IMG/VR virus record: IMGVR_UViG_3300028588_000006
Coordinates: 1-37,571 of that record
Direction: 5' to 3' (one strand)
Source of the DNA: a virus
Taxonomy: Duplodnaviria > Caudoviricetes
Length of the DNA: 37,571 nt
The translations under genes were made by a program, and so were the position numbers. The notes beneath the pieces were generated by a model. It was not told where the DNA came from and ran no database searches. It saw nothing but the letters and a program-made list of their open reading frames with translations. Shown piece after piece: positions 15,568-23,932 of this stretch; within the stretch, counting starts at the first letter, position 1, and every line of letters starts with the position of its first letter.

Positions 15568-16802
15568 CTCAGACCAACAATACCGGCTTCTCCCCCGAAT
15601 CCCTGCGCCTGATCGGCGCCGCGCTCGCGCTGCATCATGTGGAGGGGATCTCCGCCAGCATCACGCCGATTCCCAGCACCGGGCGCTTCGTCGCGATCGG
15701 CACGCCGGCCGAGGTGGCGCGGCTGCTGGAGATCGCGCCGGCCAGCGCGCAGCCGAACGATGCCGACCTGTTGCAAGCACTCCAGAACGCGGCGCGACTG
15801 CTGCGCGCGGCCGGTTTCACAATGAACGGGACGTGTTCATCGAAGATCGTTGAGGCAATCAACAAGCATGCCAGCGCGCAGCCTGTAGCCGCAGCGCCTG
15901 CCGGCTGGACTGCGCTGTCCATTATCTACAACGATGACATGGAGCATCCCGAGGAAGTCGCTTACGGCCCGAAGTTCATGATGGACCGCCTCGGCAAGTG
16001 GCTTGACAAATTCATGGCGCAAGAAATCGCGCAGCGAGACGGAGCAGAAGATGCCGCGCGCTATCGCTACATCGCCACCTTGATGGACTGGAGCGACATC
16101 GAGCGTATGTGCTGGAGCACGCCTGCTGAAAGTGCGGAGGAGTTCAAGCGCGGACTCGACAAGTACATCGATTCGAAACTGAAAACGCTGTCCAGCGACC
16201 ACGCGGAATGTATCGAACGCATCAGCCGCCCCGCCCCTGCCGCGCCGGTAGCGCAGGCCGGGTACCCTCTGGAAGAGTACCAGCCTGGCCAGTGGTGGAT
16301 TGAGCGCATGGAGGCGCTGTGGGGCCACGGCGAGGTAGACGACGACACGCGCCGCGCCGCCAAGGTAGTTTGTAACTTCGCCGCCGCCGTGTTCGCTGGC
16401 CGGTCTGCCGGGGTAGCGCAGGCCACCACGGCAAGTGCGAGCGGTGCGGAAGATACGCAGGTTGCGGAGCCGGCGGTTGCCCCTTCGAAGAGGCGGGAAA
16501 AGCTGCTGACACTGGCTGACCGCATCGACCACGAAAAGCTGTGGCGGCGTCCGATGATGTTCCGGGATGGACTTACGGACGACCAACGCGACCGGCTCGA
16601 CGCCGCCGTGAACCTGCGCCGCTACGCCGACCTGCTCGCGCCCGGCCGCTGGCTCGTGCTGCCGCCGACCGGCAATCTCCAGTTCAGTGCGGGATCGCTC
16701 GAAGCGGTAACCGAAATGGCGAAGCGGGACCAGGAGCGCACCAAGCGTAGCGGGCTGGCCGTCATCGCCCACGACCACAGCGAGGGCGGCCACCATGACT
16801 GA
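15564..16802 (+). CDS. Mosaic multi-module hypothetical protein
   Basis: AAAGGA RBS; short modules separated by Ala/Pro linkers (ASAQP twice); contains a DAARYRY motif. Confidence 0.75.
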   Translation: MTQTNNTGFSPESLRLIGAALALHHVEGISASITPIPSTGRFVAIGTPAEVARLLEIAPASAQPNDADLLQALQNAARLLRAAGFTMNGTCSSKIVEAINKHASAQPVAAAPAGWTALSIIYNDDMEHPEEVAYGPKFMMDRLGKWLDKFMAQEIAQRDGAEDAARYRYIATLMDWSDIERMCWSTPAESAEEFKRGLDKYIDSKLKTLSSDHAECIERISRPAPAAPVAQAGYPLEEYQPGQWWIERMEALWGHGEVDDDTRRAAKVVCNFAAAVFAGRSAGVAQATTASASGAEDTQVAEPAVAPSKRREKLLTLADRIDHEKLWRRPMMFRDGLTDDQRDRLDAAVNLRRYADLLAPGRWLVLPPTGNLQFSAGSLEAVTEMAKRDQERTKRSGLAVIAHDHSEGGHHD

Positions 16803-16989
16803 ACGCGGGCCCGATCGCCGGTGGCGCGCACGCGGGCCCGGCCTGCTGCTGCCCGAGCGCCGCGACGGCTTCGACCGGCGCGCGCTGGTGGCGCCGGCGC
16901 CCAGCACAAGAGGAATGATCAGGCCAGGCGTAGGCGAGGCGCGCCCGCCGCACGAGCGCCGCCGGTACCTGGACAGTGGAATGGAATAG
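16795..16989 (+). CDS. Small Arg-rich protein, 64 aa
   Basis: GAGGG RBS; overlaps the upstream stop; repeated (D/E)RR motifs. Confidence 0.65.
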   Translation: MTERGPDRRWRARGPGLLLPERRDGFDRRALVAPAPSTRGMIRPGVGEARPPHERRRYLDSGME

Positions 16990-16998
16990 GAGGGAGCG

Positions 16999-17277
16999 AT
17001 GCTGCGATATGTGACAATTTCAAAATTTGCAATTGAATCGGGTTATACCGAGATCGCGATCAGGGCCAAGATCCACGATGGTATCTGGCCAGAAGGCAAG
17101 GTCTGGAAGAAGGCTCCAGACGGTCGAGTTTTAATCAGCACGGAAGGATACGAGGAATGGGTAGAGACGGGCGGGGTGTTAAAGCTGCGTCGGAAAGCAG
17201 CATCGAAATCAGCTTCATGTATCGGGGTGTCCGCTGTCGGGAAAGGGTCCCACTTAAGCCCACCGCCGCTAATCTGA
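16999..17277 (+). CDS. xis: Excisionase
   Basis: RYVTISKFAIESGYTEIAIRAKI..G.W.EG..W.KAPDGRVLI; strong RBS; directly before the integrase. Confidence 0.8.
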   Translation: MLRYVTISKFAIESGYTEIAIRAKIHDGIWPEGKVWKKAPDGRVLISTEGYEEWVETGGVLKLRRKAASKSASCIGVSAVGKGSHLSPPPLI

Positions 17278-18341
17278 AGCGGGCCGAGCAGCATCGCGCT
17301 GCGATCCTTCATGCGATCGCGGCGGGCAATTTCGACTACCGGGCTTCGTTCCCGGATTCGAAAATCGCGGCTAGGTTCGAGGAGGCGACGGCTACGCCGG
17401 GCGACTTGATGACGGTGGCGCGCTTCCTCGACGCATGGCTGGACCAGCAAAAGCTGGAGCGCAAGGCGAGTACCTACGACACGTACCGGAAGATCGTGAT
17501 CGGCAAACTGGATCCGTGGTTCGGGAAACTGAAGCTGACGGAGCTCAAGCGCAAGCATGTGCGCGACAAGCTGGCCAGCTACCCGGCAGGCAATAAGACG
17601 CTGGGCAACATCCAGAGCGTGCTGCGCGCGGCGCTGGAAGCGGCCGTCGACGACGATTTGATCGAGTCGAACCCGCTGGCCGGCTACACCTACCGGAAGA
17701 AGGAGGCGCCGAGCGACGACGAGATCGACCCGTTCGACCGTGTCGAGCAGTCGGCCATCCTGGCCGCGCTGGAAGGCCAGGGCCGCAACCTAGTGCAGTT
17801 CGCGTTCTGGACTGGCCTGCGCACGTCGGAACTGGTGGCGTTGGATTGGGGCGACGTCGACTTCCTGCGCGGCGTAGTGCGGGTGTCGAAAGCGCAGACT
17901 CAGCACGCTTCAGCACCGGAAGCGCCGAAAACAGCGTCGGGCCGGCGCGAGGTCAAGCTGCTCGACATGGCGGCAGAGGCGTTGGCGGCCCAGAGGGCGC
18001 ACACGTATTTGAAGGGGAGAGAGATATTCCAGAACCCGCAGACGCTGGAGCGGTGGGCTGGCGATCAGCCAATCAGGAAGACGCTGTGGACCTGGGCGCT
18101 GAAGCGCGCCGGCGTTCGCTACCGCTACCCATACCAGACCCGCCACACGTACGCCAGTATGATGCTGTCGTCCGGCGAGCATCCAATGTGGGTCGCGCAG
18201 CAGATGGGCCATGCCGACTGGTCGATGATCATCCGGCGCTATGGTCGGTGGATGCCGGACGCTGACGACCAGGCTGGCAGCCGGGCAGAAGCGGTATATG
18301 GAAAGAAAAAGGACGCCGCGAATGTATCCGGGGCGTCCTGA
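17157..18341 (+). CDS. int: Tyrosine integrase with N-terminal arm-binding domain
   Basis: TGLRTSEL, PKT, YQTRHTYAS, QMGHAD and RRYG catalytic motifs. Confidence 0.95.
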   Translation: MGRDGRGVKAASESSIEISFMYRGVRCRERVPLKPTAANLKRAEQHRAAILHAIAAGNFDYRASFPDSKIAARFEEATATPGDLMTVARFLDAWLDQQKLERKASTYDTYRKIVIGKLDPWFGKLKLTELKRKHVRDKLASYPAGNKTLGNIQSVLRAALEAAVDDDLIESNPLAGYTYRKKEAPSDDEIDPFDRVEQSAILAALEGQGRNLVQFAFWTGLRTSELVALDWGDVDFLRGVVRVSKAQTQHASAPEAPKTASGRREVKLLDMAAEALAAQRAHTYLKGREIFQNPQTLERWAGDQPIRKTLWTWALKRAGVRYRYPYQTRHTYASMMLSSGEHPMWVAQQMGHADWSMIIRRYGRWMPDADDQAGSRAEAVYGKKKDAANVSGAS

Positions 18342-18345
18342 TCAG

Positions 18346-18527
18346 AGCTGTCATTATGTTGGCATTACCCAGCAAAATCTACAGGTAATCCACCAACATA
18401 ATTCCAACAATTAGAATCTAAGTGCTTGATTCTAAACAGTGTACTGGTGGAGGCGGAGGGAATCGAACCTGCGGAATTTGAGCGCCCATGCGGGTTTCAC
18501 TCGGCATGTTGGCAGAAAGCTGGCATT
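18346..18527. other. attP: tmRNA/tRNA 3'-end core (18445-18469), IHF site (18419-18431) and arm-type repeats
   Basis: The - strand reads GGTTCGATTCCCTCCGCCTCCACCA. TAAGTGCTTGATT matches the IHF consensus. AGCTG(T/G)CATT and ATGTTGGCA repeats lie on both sides (18346, 18356, 18506, 18518). Confidence 0.85.
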
Positions 18528-18609
18528 CAGGCGGCACGATCACCAGATTGCCATCCACCACCTGGGCCACCAGCTCCGAGCCGCGCGGCGTGATGATGTG
18601 GAAGTCCAT
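18418..18609 (-). CDS. Small ORF (63 aa) crossing attP
   Basis: TGATG overlap with the holin stop; AAGGT RBS; MDFHIITPRGSELVAQVVDGNLVIVPP. Confidence 0.45.
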   Translation of the reverse strand: MDFHIITPRGSELVAQVVDGNLVIVPPECQLSANMPSETRMGAQIPQVRFPPPPPVHCLESST

Positions 18610-19019
18610 CAGCCGACACCTTTTACCTTCTCGACGGTCCGCAGGCCGCCAAGGCCGAGCATGCCGAGCAAGATCGTGTTCATCTCGGCGAAGTCGAAGA
18701 CCGGCAGCGTGATCGGGTGCCCGAACCACTGCGACAGCACGAAGGCAGCCGGTCCGCCGATAAACTTGAAGGCGAAGGCGGCGCCGCAGACCCAGCCCAC
18801 CGCAGGCCGCCAACCGGACACGAACAGCGACTGGCTGGCGGCCTCGACCTTGTTCACCTCGATCTGGCCGGTGGCCAGCTGCAGGTCAGCATTGAGCTGC
18901 GCCAGGTCGCCGGCCTGAGCCATGCGCATCACTTCCAGTTTCGCATCGGCCGCCAGTTTCGGGTCGGGGAACAGGCGGTCCATCAGGTTTCCCAGCACGG
19001 GAATCAGGGTTTGCCACAT
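18609..19019 (-). CDS. Holin-like protein, 3TM (GTA-type) family
   Basis: QIEVNKVEAA...FVSGWRPAVGWVC...LLGMLGLGGLRTVEK. Confidence 0.85.
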   Translation of the reverse strand: MWQTLIPVLGNLMDRLFPDPKLAADAKLEVMRMAQAGDLAQLNADLQLATGQIEVNKVEAASQSLFVSGWRPAVGWVCGAAFAFKFIGGPAAFVLSQWFGHPITLPVFDFAEMNTILLGMLGLGGLRTVEKVKGVG

Positions 19020-19522
19020 TATTTTTCTCCTACGGTCAGGGTTGCGAGGTTCCAGGCATTGGGCCAGTTCTCCGGGTGCGGTTTGCCGGGTCGCCAGGCC
19101 GACACGTACTGCGCCCAGCCTTCATCGGCGGTCGTGGGCAGCTTCGACGGAAGCGTGTAGACCAGCAGGCGCGCCGCGATGGCGGCGATGATGTCGTTGT
19201 AGCGCATGGCCTCCCACAGACCCTGGGGCGTGGCCTCGATGTTGAAGTCGACGCACATGCCGCGCATGCACGAGGCGGTGAGGAAGTGCGTCAGCACGCC
19301 CTTGCAGCCGCCGCCAGGCTCGAACTGAAAGAACGACGCGGCCGGGCCGTTCTCGACGCCGCCGCTGACGACCTGCCGGCGGTATGCCAGGTTCGATTCC
19401 TGGAGTGCGATGGCGAGCAGGAAGCGGCGCGCGTCGGTCGTGTCGGGGATGCCGCAGCGCGCGAGTTCGGCGAGGGCAGGGATGATGGCCAGGTTAAGCA
19501 GGCGGATAGGGCTCATGGTCAA
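19019..19522 (-). CDS. Putative endolysin (lysozyme-like fold)
   Basis: LLAIALQES catalytic-Glu-type helix, GPAASFFQFE, WRPGKP; flanked by membrane genes. Confidence 0.72.
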   Translation of the reverse strand: MTMSPIRLLNLAIIPALAELARCGIPDTTDARRFLLAIALQESNLAYRRQVVSGGVENGPAASFFQFEPGGGCKGVLTHFLTASCMRGMCVDFNIEATPQGLWEAMRYNDIIAAIAARLLVYTLPSKLPTTADEGWAQYVSAWRPGKPHPENWPNAWNLATLTVGEK

Positions 19523-19764
19523 GCCCTCCAGTGCGAAACGAGCCAGGTGACGCCGCTGCCGATCGCACCGGCGGCGCCGCCCAGCATCATCAGCGCGCGC
19601 CAGCCGCCGCGCGCTTCCGCCAGCTGCGCCAGCACGCGGTCGAGCTTCTCGGACTGGGCGGTATTGATCAAGTCGAGCCGCGCGACGGCGGCCTTCAGGT
19701 ACGCGACCTCGACCTGCAGGGCCGCGAGCGCGATGGAGTTTTGGGTGGTGATCGTGGCTTCCAC
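19519..19764 (-). CDS. Coiled-coil protein with C-terminal TM (holin/antiholin-like)
   Basis: AAAGGA RBS with GTG start; coiled coil followed by GGWRALMMLGGAAGAIGSGVTWLV. Confidence 0.7.
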   Translation of the reverse strand: MEATITTQNSIALAALQVEVAYLKAAVARLDLINTAQSEKLDRVLAQLAEARGGWRALMMLGGAAGAIGSGVTWLVSHWRA

Positions 19765-19787
19765 GATGGTCCTTTCAGGGTGTATAG

Positions 19788-19810
19788 AAAGGCCTCTCTC
19801 CGGAGGCCTT
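19788..19810 (-). terminator. Hairpin/weak terminator before the lysis genes
   Basis: AAGGCCT/AGGCCTT stem with a short T tract. Confidence 0.4.
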
Positions 19811-19818
19811 CAGGCGAT

Positions 19819-20298
19819 TCAGGCTGCTTTGAAAAGGGAAGACTTCGGGCTGTCGTACATGAACAGGTCGATCGGGCGTACGCGCTTCATCACGGCCGGG
19901 TCGAACATGCGCGTGCCGCCGGCCAGGACGGTGGCGAAGACCAGGTCGGAGCACCACCAGCGGCTGTCGTCCGCCCAGTCTTCGGAATATGTCAGTGGGA
20001 TTCCGATGGCCCCGAGCCAGTCATATTTCTTGCCCGACTGCGCCTTCGCAAAGGCCGTCGCCGCATCCAAATCCGGCACCCACACCTTCATGTCGCGGTA
20101 GGCGACGATGCCGGCCATCAGCTCGGCAATCGTGCCCTCGCGGCAGCCGTGCGTCATGGAAGCCTCGTAGGCCCGGCCCTCGATGATCGTGATGGCGTGG
20201 CTGAACTGGCGCGAGCCGGCGGCCAGGCCTACACACAGGCTGGCCGGGTTCCAAGGCCAGCGGCTCGTGAGCCGGATGGTGACGTGGCCGGCGCGCAT
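19819..20298 (-). CDS. Permuted papain-like (YiiX/YebB, NlpC/P60-related) enzyme
   Basis: N-terminal FSHA (His), GKKYDW, C-terminal RWWCSDLV (Cys). Confidence 0.8.
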   Translation of the reverse strand: MRAGHVTIRLTSRWPWNPASLCVGLAAGSRQFSHAITIIEGRAYEASMTHGCREGTIAELMAGIVAYRDMKVWVPDLDAATAFAKAQSGKKYDWLGAIGIPLTYSEDWADDSRWWCSDLVFATVLAGGTRMFDPAVMKRVRPIDLFMYDSPKSSLFKAA

Positions 20299-20636
20299 TA
20301 CAGTTTCTCCGCGTCGACGAAGATCTTGTCCAGGCCAGCCGCGTCAAGGCCGATCGCGGCGCCGAGCTGGATGAGTACCGGGCGCGCGCGCTCGAATGCC
20401 TGCGAGTCGTCCCACTCGATCTGCGCCAGGCTGCGCGCTACGGGATCTTCGATGCCATCGATCGCCGGCTGCACTTTGTCGAGCAGGCCGGCCAGCAGCA
20501 GCGCTTGACGTGCCTGCCGGCGAGTTACCGCAGCAGGAATTACCGGCTTTTGCGCCTCCCCCGCCCGCGCGGCGATCTCGGTTTCCTCTTCCGGGGTAGC
20601 GTCGCGCACGATGCCGTTGTCCATCACCTTCGTCAT
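20298..20636 (-). CDS. Probable tail fibre assembly protein
   Basis: AAGGAG RBS; RDATPEE...VTRRQARQALL...EW...FER...LDKIF; follows the fibre gene. Confidence 0.7.
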   Translation of the reverse strand: MTKVMDNGIVRDATPEEETEIAARAGEAQKPVIPAAVTRRQARQALLLAGLLDKVQPAIDGIEDPVARSLAQIEWDDSQAFERARPVLIQLGAAIGLDAAGLDKIFVDAEKL

Positions 20637-20646
20637 GTTTTGCTCC

Positions 20647-21891
20647 TTAAGTGTTGCGGACGCCGTAGACACGGACCGTCGCGCTGGCGAACGTCGAGCC
20701 AGCGGTCCAGAACAGTCGGAAGCCGGTCACGGCGTTCTGGGCGAGATAGAGGGCATTGCCGCTGATGACCTCGTAGTTGGATTGGCTGTTTAAGTAGGCA
20801 CCTTGCGCTTCGATGGTCTTGTAGCCAGCGGTTGCCGCCGTTGAACGAACATCAAGAGTGAGCGAGCCGCCGGCAGTGGTTGCCCAAGGAAAAGTGCCGA
20901 GTTGAACGCGCTGATTCCCGGGGGCTGGATTTCCTGTATTTACGCCCAGCGCGGTGTAGCTCGCGCCAGAAGTGTCTGGAACTCCTGCAACGGCAAGCAC
21001 GATCGCCAGGTTGTTGGCCGCCGTGGTCGGCTTGCAGTTCTCGATCTCGATCACGTACTTGCTGTACGCGGAGGTGAAGAGATTCAGAAAATCAATGTTC
21101 GCCACTGCGGTCGTTACCGTGGCTTGTGCAACTAGTGCGTAGGTCGGCGGCGGGTTGAACACCGGGGTGCCGTCCGCGCGCTGATAGTGCGTCACGATCG
21201 CGCCAGCCGTGTCGCCGCGGATCAGGGCCCGGTCGCCGGCCTGGGTCACAATGTTCGCCGCGCCCGGCAGCAGCAGCGCTGCGCCATTGGTCAGCGTCAG
21301 CACGCCATCGAAGATCACCGTTCGCTCGGCGCCGACCGGTATGGTGATGGCGGTGATAGTGGTCGTGCCGGTGACGTGCACCAGGTTGCCGGTCGCCGTG
21401 GTCAGGTTGATCGTGGCCGCCGACGCGATGTCGGCGCCCTTCACCTCGTTCTGGGCGTAGCCGGTGTGCGTGGTGCCGAACGATGCATTCGTGCCATCGG
21501 AACGCAGGAACCCGAGCAGCTGGGCAGGCAAGGCGGTCTGGAAAGCAGCGGTCAGCAGATCGCCGATCGTTGCAAGGCGCAAGGGTGGGGCGGTCAGGCC
21601 AGCATTTGCCACCGCCGACGGCGCCGTGAAGCTCGGCTGATTGAATACCTGGCCATAGTTCACCGAGTCGGTGGCGGCCGCGCCATTACCGAGGCCGGTA
21701 AGCTTGCGCGTGCCCATCGGCAGATCCGCAGTTGGCGAGCTCTGGCCGTCGCGCGTGACGCAGTTCGACAGGCCGGCGGCAATGTCGTCGGTGTCAGAAT
21801 CCATGCGCGTGGCGTCGACGAAGATCCCGTTGGCGGCATCATTGACCCAGCTGCGAACGCGCTGGAAGATACCGGTTCCGTTGAAGGGCAT
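20647..21891 (-). CDS. Tail fibre / receptor-binding protein
   Basis: N-terminal anchor-like segment (DIAAGLSNCVTRDGQ...LPMG..KLTGL); Thr/Ala/Gly-rich beta domains; lower-GC distal part. Confidence 0.85.
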   Translation of the reverse strand: MPFNGTGIFQRVRSWVNDAANGIFVDATRMDSDTDDIAAGLSNCVTRDGQSSPTADLPMGTRKLTGLGNGAAATDSVNYGQVFNQPSFTAPSAVANAGLTAPPLRLATIGDLLTAAFQTALPAQLLGFLRSDGTNASFGTTHTGYAQNEVKGADIASAATINLTTATGNLVHVTGTTTITAITIPVGAERTVIFDGVLTLTNGAALLLPGAANIVTQAGDRALIRGDTAGAIVTHYQRADGTPVFNPPPTYALVAQATVTTAVANIDFLNLFTSAYSKYVIEIENCKPTTAANNLAIVLAVAGVPDTSGASYTALGVNTGNPAPGNQRVQLGTFPWATTAGGSLTLDVRSTAATAGYKTIEAQGAYLNSQSNYEVISGNALYLAQNAVTGFRLFWTAGSTFASATVRVYGVRNT

Positions 21892-21901
21892 TGTTGTTCT
21901 C

Positions 21902-23932
21902 CTATTCGTTGGGGGTGTTGGCGATGCCGACGGCGCCGGCCTGGGCGGCTGTGCGCAGAATCTCGGCGTACTTCGATGGCGGCACGCCGGCCGCCTTCAT
22001 GGCGTCGACCGCGCGCGTCGGGTCTTTCAGCACGTCGGCCAGCAGGTGGCGCATCGTCTCGTCGTTCTTCGTGTAGAGGATGTCGCCGGCGGTCTTGAGC
22101 CAGCCGCCGGCGGGGCGCAGCGGCGCGAAGTTCGCGATGCCGGCCGGAAGCCCGGACTGCTCGATCAGGTTGGACATAGCCATCTTCTGCACCGAGTCCG
22201 AGCCGGCGCCGCGGCCGGCGTTCTGCGCGGCGCCGATCATGGCCGCGTCGTCGACCACGCCGTTCAGCGTCGCCATCTGGCCGGGTTCCATGATTCCTTC
22301 CAGGGTCGCGCCCCGCATGCCGGTCACGTTCTGGGCCAGCTTGTCGCCGTTGCGCAGCGCCTGTGCGAAGGCGTCGGCTCGGGTCTTGAAGGGCGTGCCG
22401 GCGCCATCGGCCAGGGCGGGGACGAATCGGTCGTGCAGCTCCTTGCCGATGTCCATCTGGTTGACTGGCTTGTTCATCTCGATGTGCGCGCGGCGCGCCA
22501 CCTGGTACGACTCGGGCAGCTGGTCGAGCAGCTTGTTACGGGTCGCCTTCAGCGCCGCCGCCTCGCGGCCGGCGATGCCGGTGGTCGGATCCGAGAGCAG
22601 CGAGTCCATGCCCATCTTCAGCGTGTGCATATCGCGCACCGGGACCGATTCCACCGGCGGGATGTCGACGAAATTCGGCGTCGTACCGGACGGAATCAGG
22701 TTGTCTACCTCGACGTTGTGATTCGTCATGGTCAGCGGGTTGCGCTGCGAGACCACATCGGTGACGCTCGAAGGGGGGAGGTCGCGCATGCCGGCATACA
22801 GCGACTTCGGGCGCATGTCTTCCAGGCGGGCATTGAACGGCATGCCCACCTCATCGGCCAGCCTGATCGCGCGCTTCTCGGCTGCCTGCAGCGATGGGCG
22901 ACCGGCGAGGCTGGTGAGGGTAGGGGTGACGTCGACGCTTTCCTGGAAGGCCTGGCCGTACAGGTTGCGGGCGTTCTTCTCCACCTCGGCCACCGCAGCC
23001 GCGCGATCCTCCGGGGTCTTGGCGATGCCGCGCAGGGCGCTGACCAGCGCGCCGCGCTGCGACCGATCGACGTCGCCGAAGCCCGCCGGATCGATCGCGC
23101 GCGCGGTGCGCTCGAGCGCGGCCAGGCCAGCATCGTCGGCAGCCTGGCCGGCCGTCGGCGCGAAGCCTGGCGTGGTGCCGGCGCGCGTCTGCATGTTGCG
23201 GATGGCGGCGGCCTGGTCGGCAGCGGCTTTGTTCAGGGTGCGGCCGACGATCTTGTTGCGGCCGTTCTCGGTGAAAGGCTCGACCAGCCCGGCCCAGGCG
23301 ACTTTGCCCGCGCGCGTAGCGGCCGGGATGATGGCGCCACCGATCGCGCCGCCGGCGGCCTGGCCAGCCTTGGCGCTCCAGAAGTTCTCGTCGGTGGTCG
23401 GCTCGAGCAGGCCAATGGCCGCGCCGGTGGCAGCGCCGCCGGCGATTGTCGAGGCACCGCGCGCGGCGACGGCCAGGTTTGCCGGCGATGCAATGTTTCC
23501 GATGGTGCGGTAGCCATCGAAGCCAGATTCGCCGGCGGCGGCGCGGCGCGCCTGGTACTCACGCTCGGAATCGCGCACCTGCTGGTCGACGCCGCCCTCC
23601 GGCAGGCGCGCCACCAGACCGGTCTTGTCGGCCAGCCAGTTGTTCGCCCGGTTGCCGGCGTCGACCACACCCTGCGGCAGCATGCGGGTGAGTAGCTGCG
23701 CGCCGCCGTTGATCGGGTCGAGCATGCCGCGGCCGATCTTTTCCAGCGCGCCCGGGCCTTCCTGTTGCTGTGGAGCCTGCTGGGCCGGGGCGGCCTGGCG
23801 TGGCGCGGCGCTGGCGGCGCCGCCACCCGCGCGCTGCCGCTGGATCTCGGCGGCCAGAGTGCGCGCCGCGGCATCGTCGCCGGCATTGTGCGCGTTGATC
23901 AGCGCGGTTTCGAGCTGCTTGAGGTCTGCCAT
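21902..23932 (-). CDS. Internal virion / DNA ejection protein
   Basis: MADLKQLETALINAHNAGDDAAARTLA; Ala/Gly-rich with hydrophobic GxxxG stretches; third of three large genes. Confidence 0.7.
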   Translation of the reverse strand: MADLKQLETALINAHNAGDDAAARTLAAEIQRQRAGGGAASAAPRQAAPAQQAPQQQEGPGALEKIGRGMLDPINGGAQLLTRMLPQGVVDAGNRANNWLADKTGLVARLPEGGVDQQVRDSEREYQARRAAAGESGFDGYRTIGNIASPANLAVAARGASTIAGGAATGAAIGLLEPTTDENFWSAKAGQAAGGAIGGAIIPAATRAGKVAWAGLVEPFTENGRNKIVGRTLNKAAADQAAAIRNMQTRAGTTPGFAPTAGQAADDAGLAALERTARAIDPAGFGDVDRSQRGALVSALRGIAKTPEDRAAAVAEVEKNARNLYGQAFQESVDVTPTLTSLAGRPSLQAAEKRAIRLADEVGMPFNARLEDMRPKSLYAGMRDLPPSSVTDVVSQRNPLTMTNHNVEVDNLIPSGTTPNFVDIPPVESVPVRDMHTLKMGMDSLLSDPTTGIAGREAAALKATRNKLLDQLPESYQVARRAHIEMNKPVNQMDIGKELHDRFVPALADGAGTPFKTRADAFAQALRNGDKLAQNVTGMRGATLEGIMEPGQMATLNGVVDDAAMIGAAQNAGRGAGSDSVQKMAMSNLIEQSGLPAGIANFAPLRPAGGWLKTAGDILYTKNDETMRHLLADVLKDPTRAVDAMKAAGVPPSKYAEILRTAAQAGAVGIANTPNE

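Noticed and set aside
18445-18469. tRNA or tmRNA gene
   Set aside because: Only the T-loop and 3' acceptor strand are present; this is the att core.
20647-21891. Diversity-generating retroelement or invertase targeting the fibre
   Set aside because: No reverse transcriptase, invertase or template repeat was seen anywhere in the genome.
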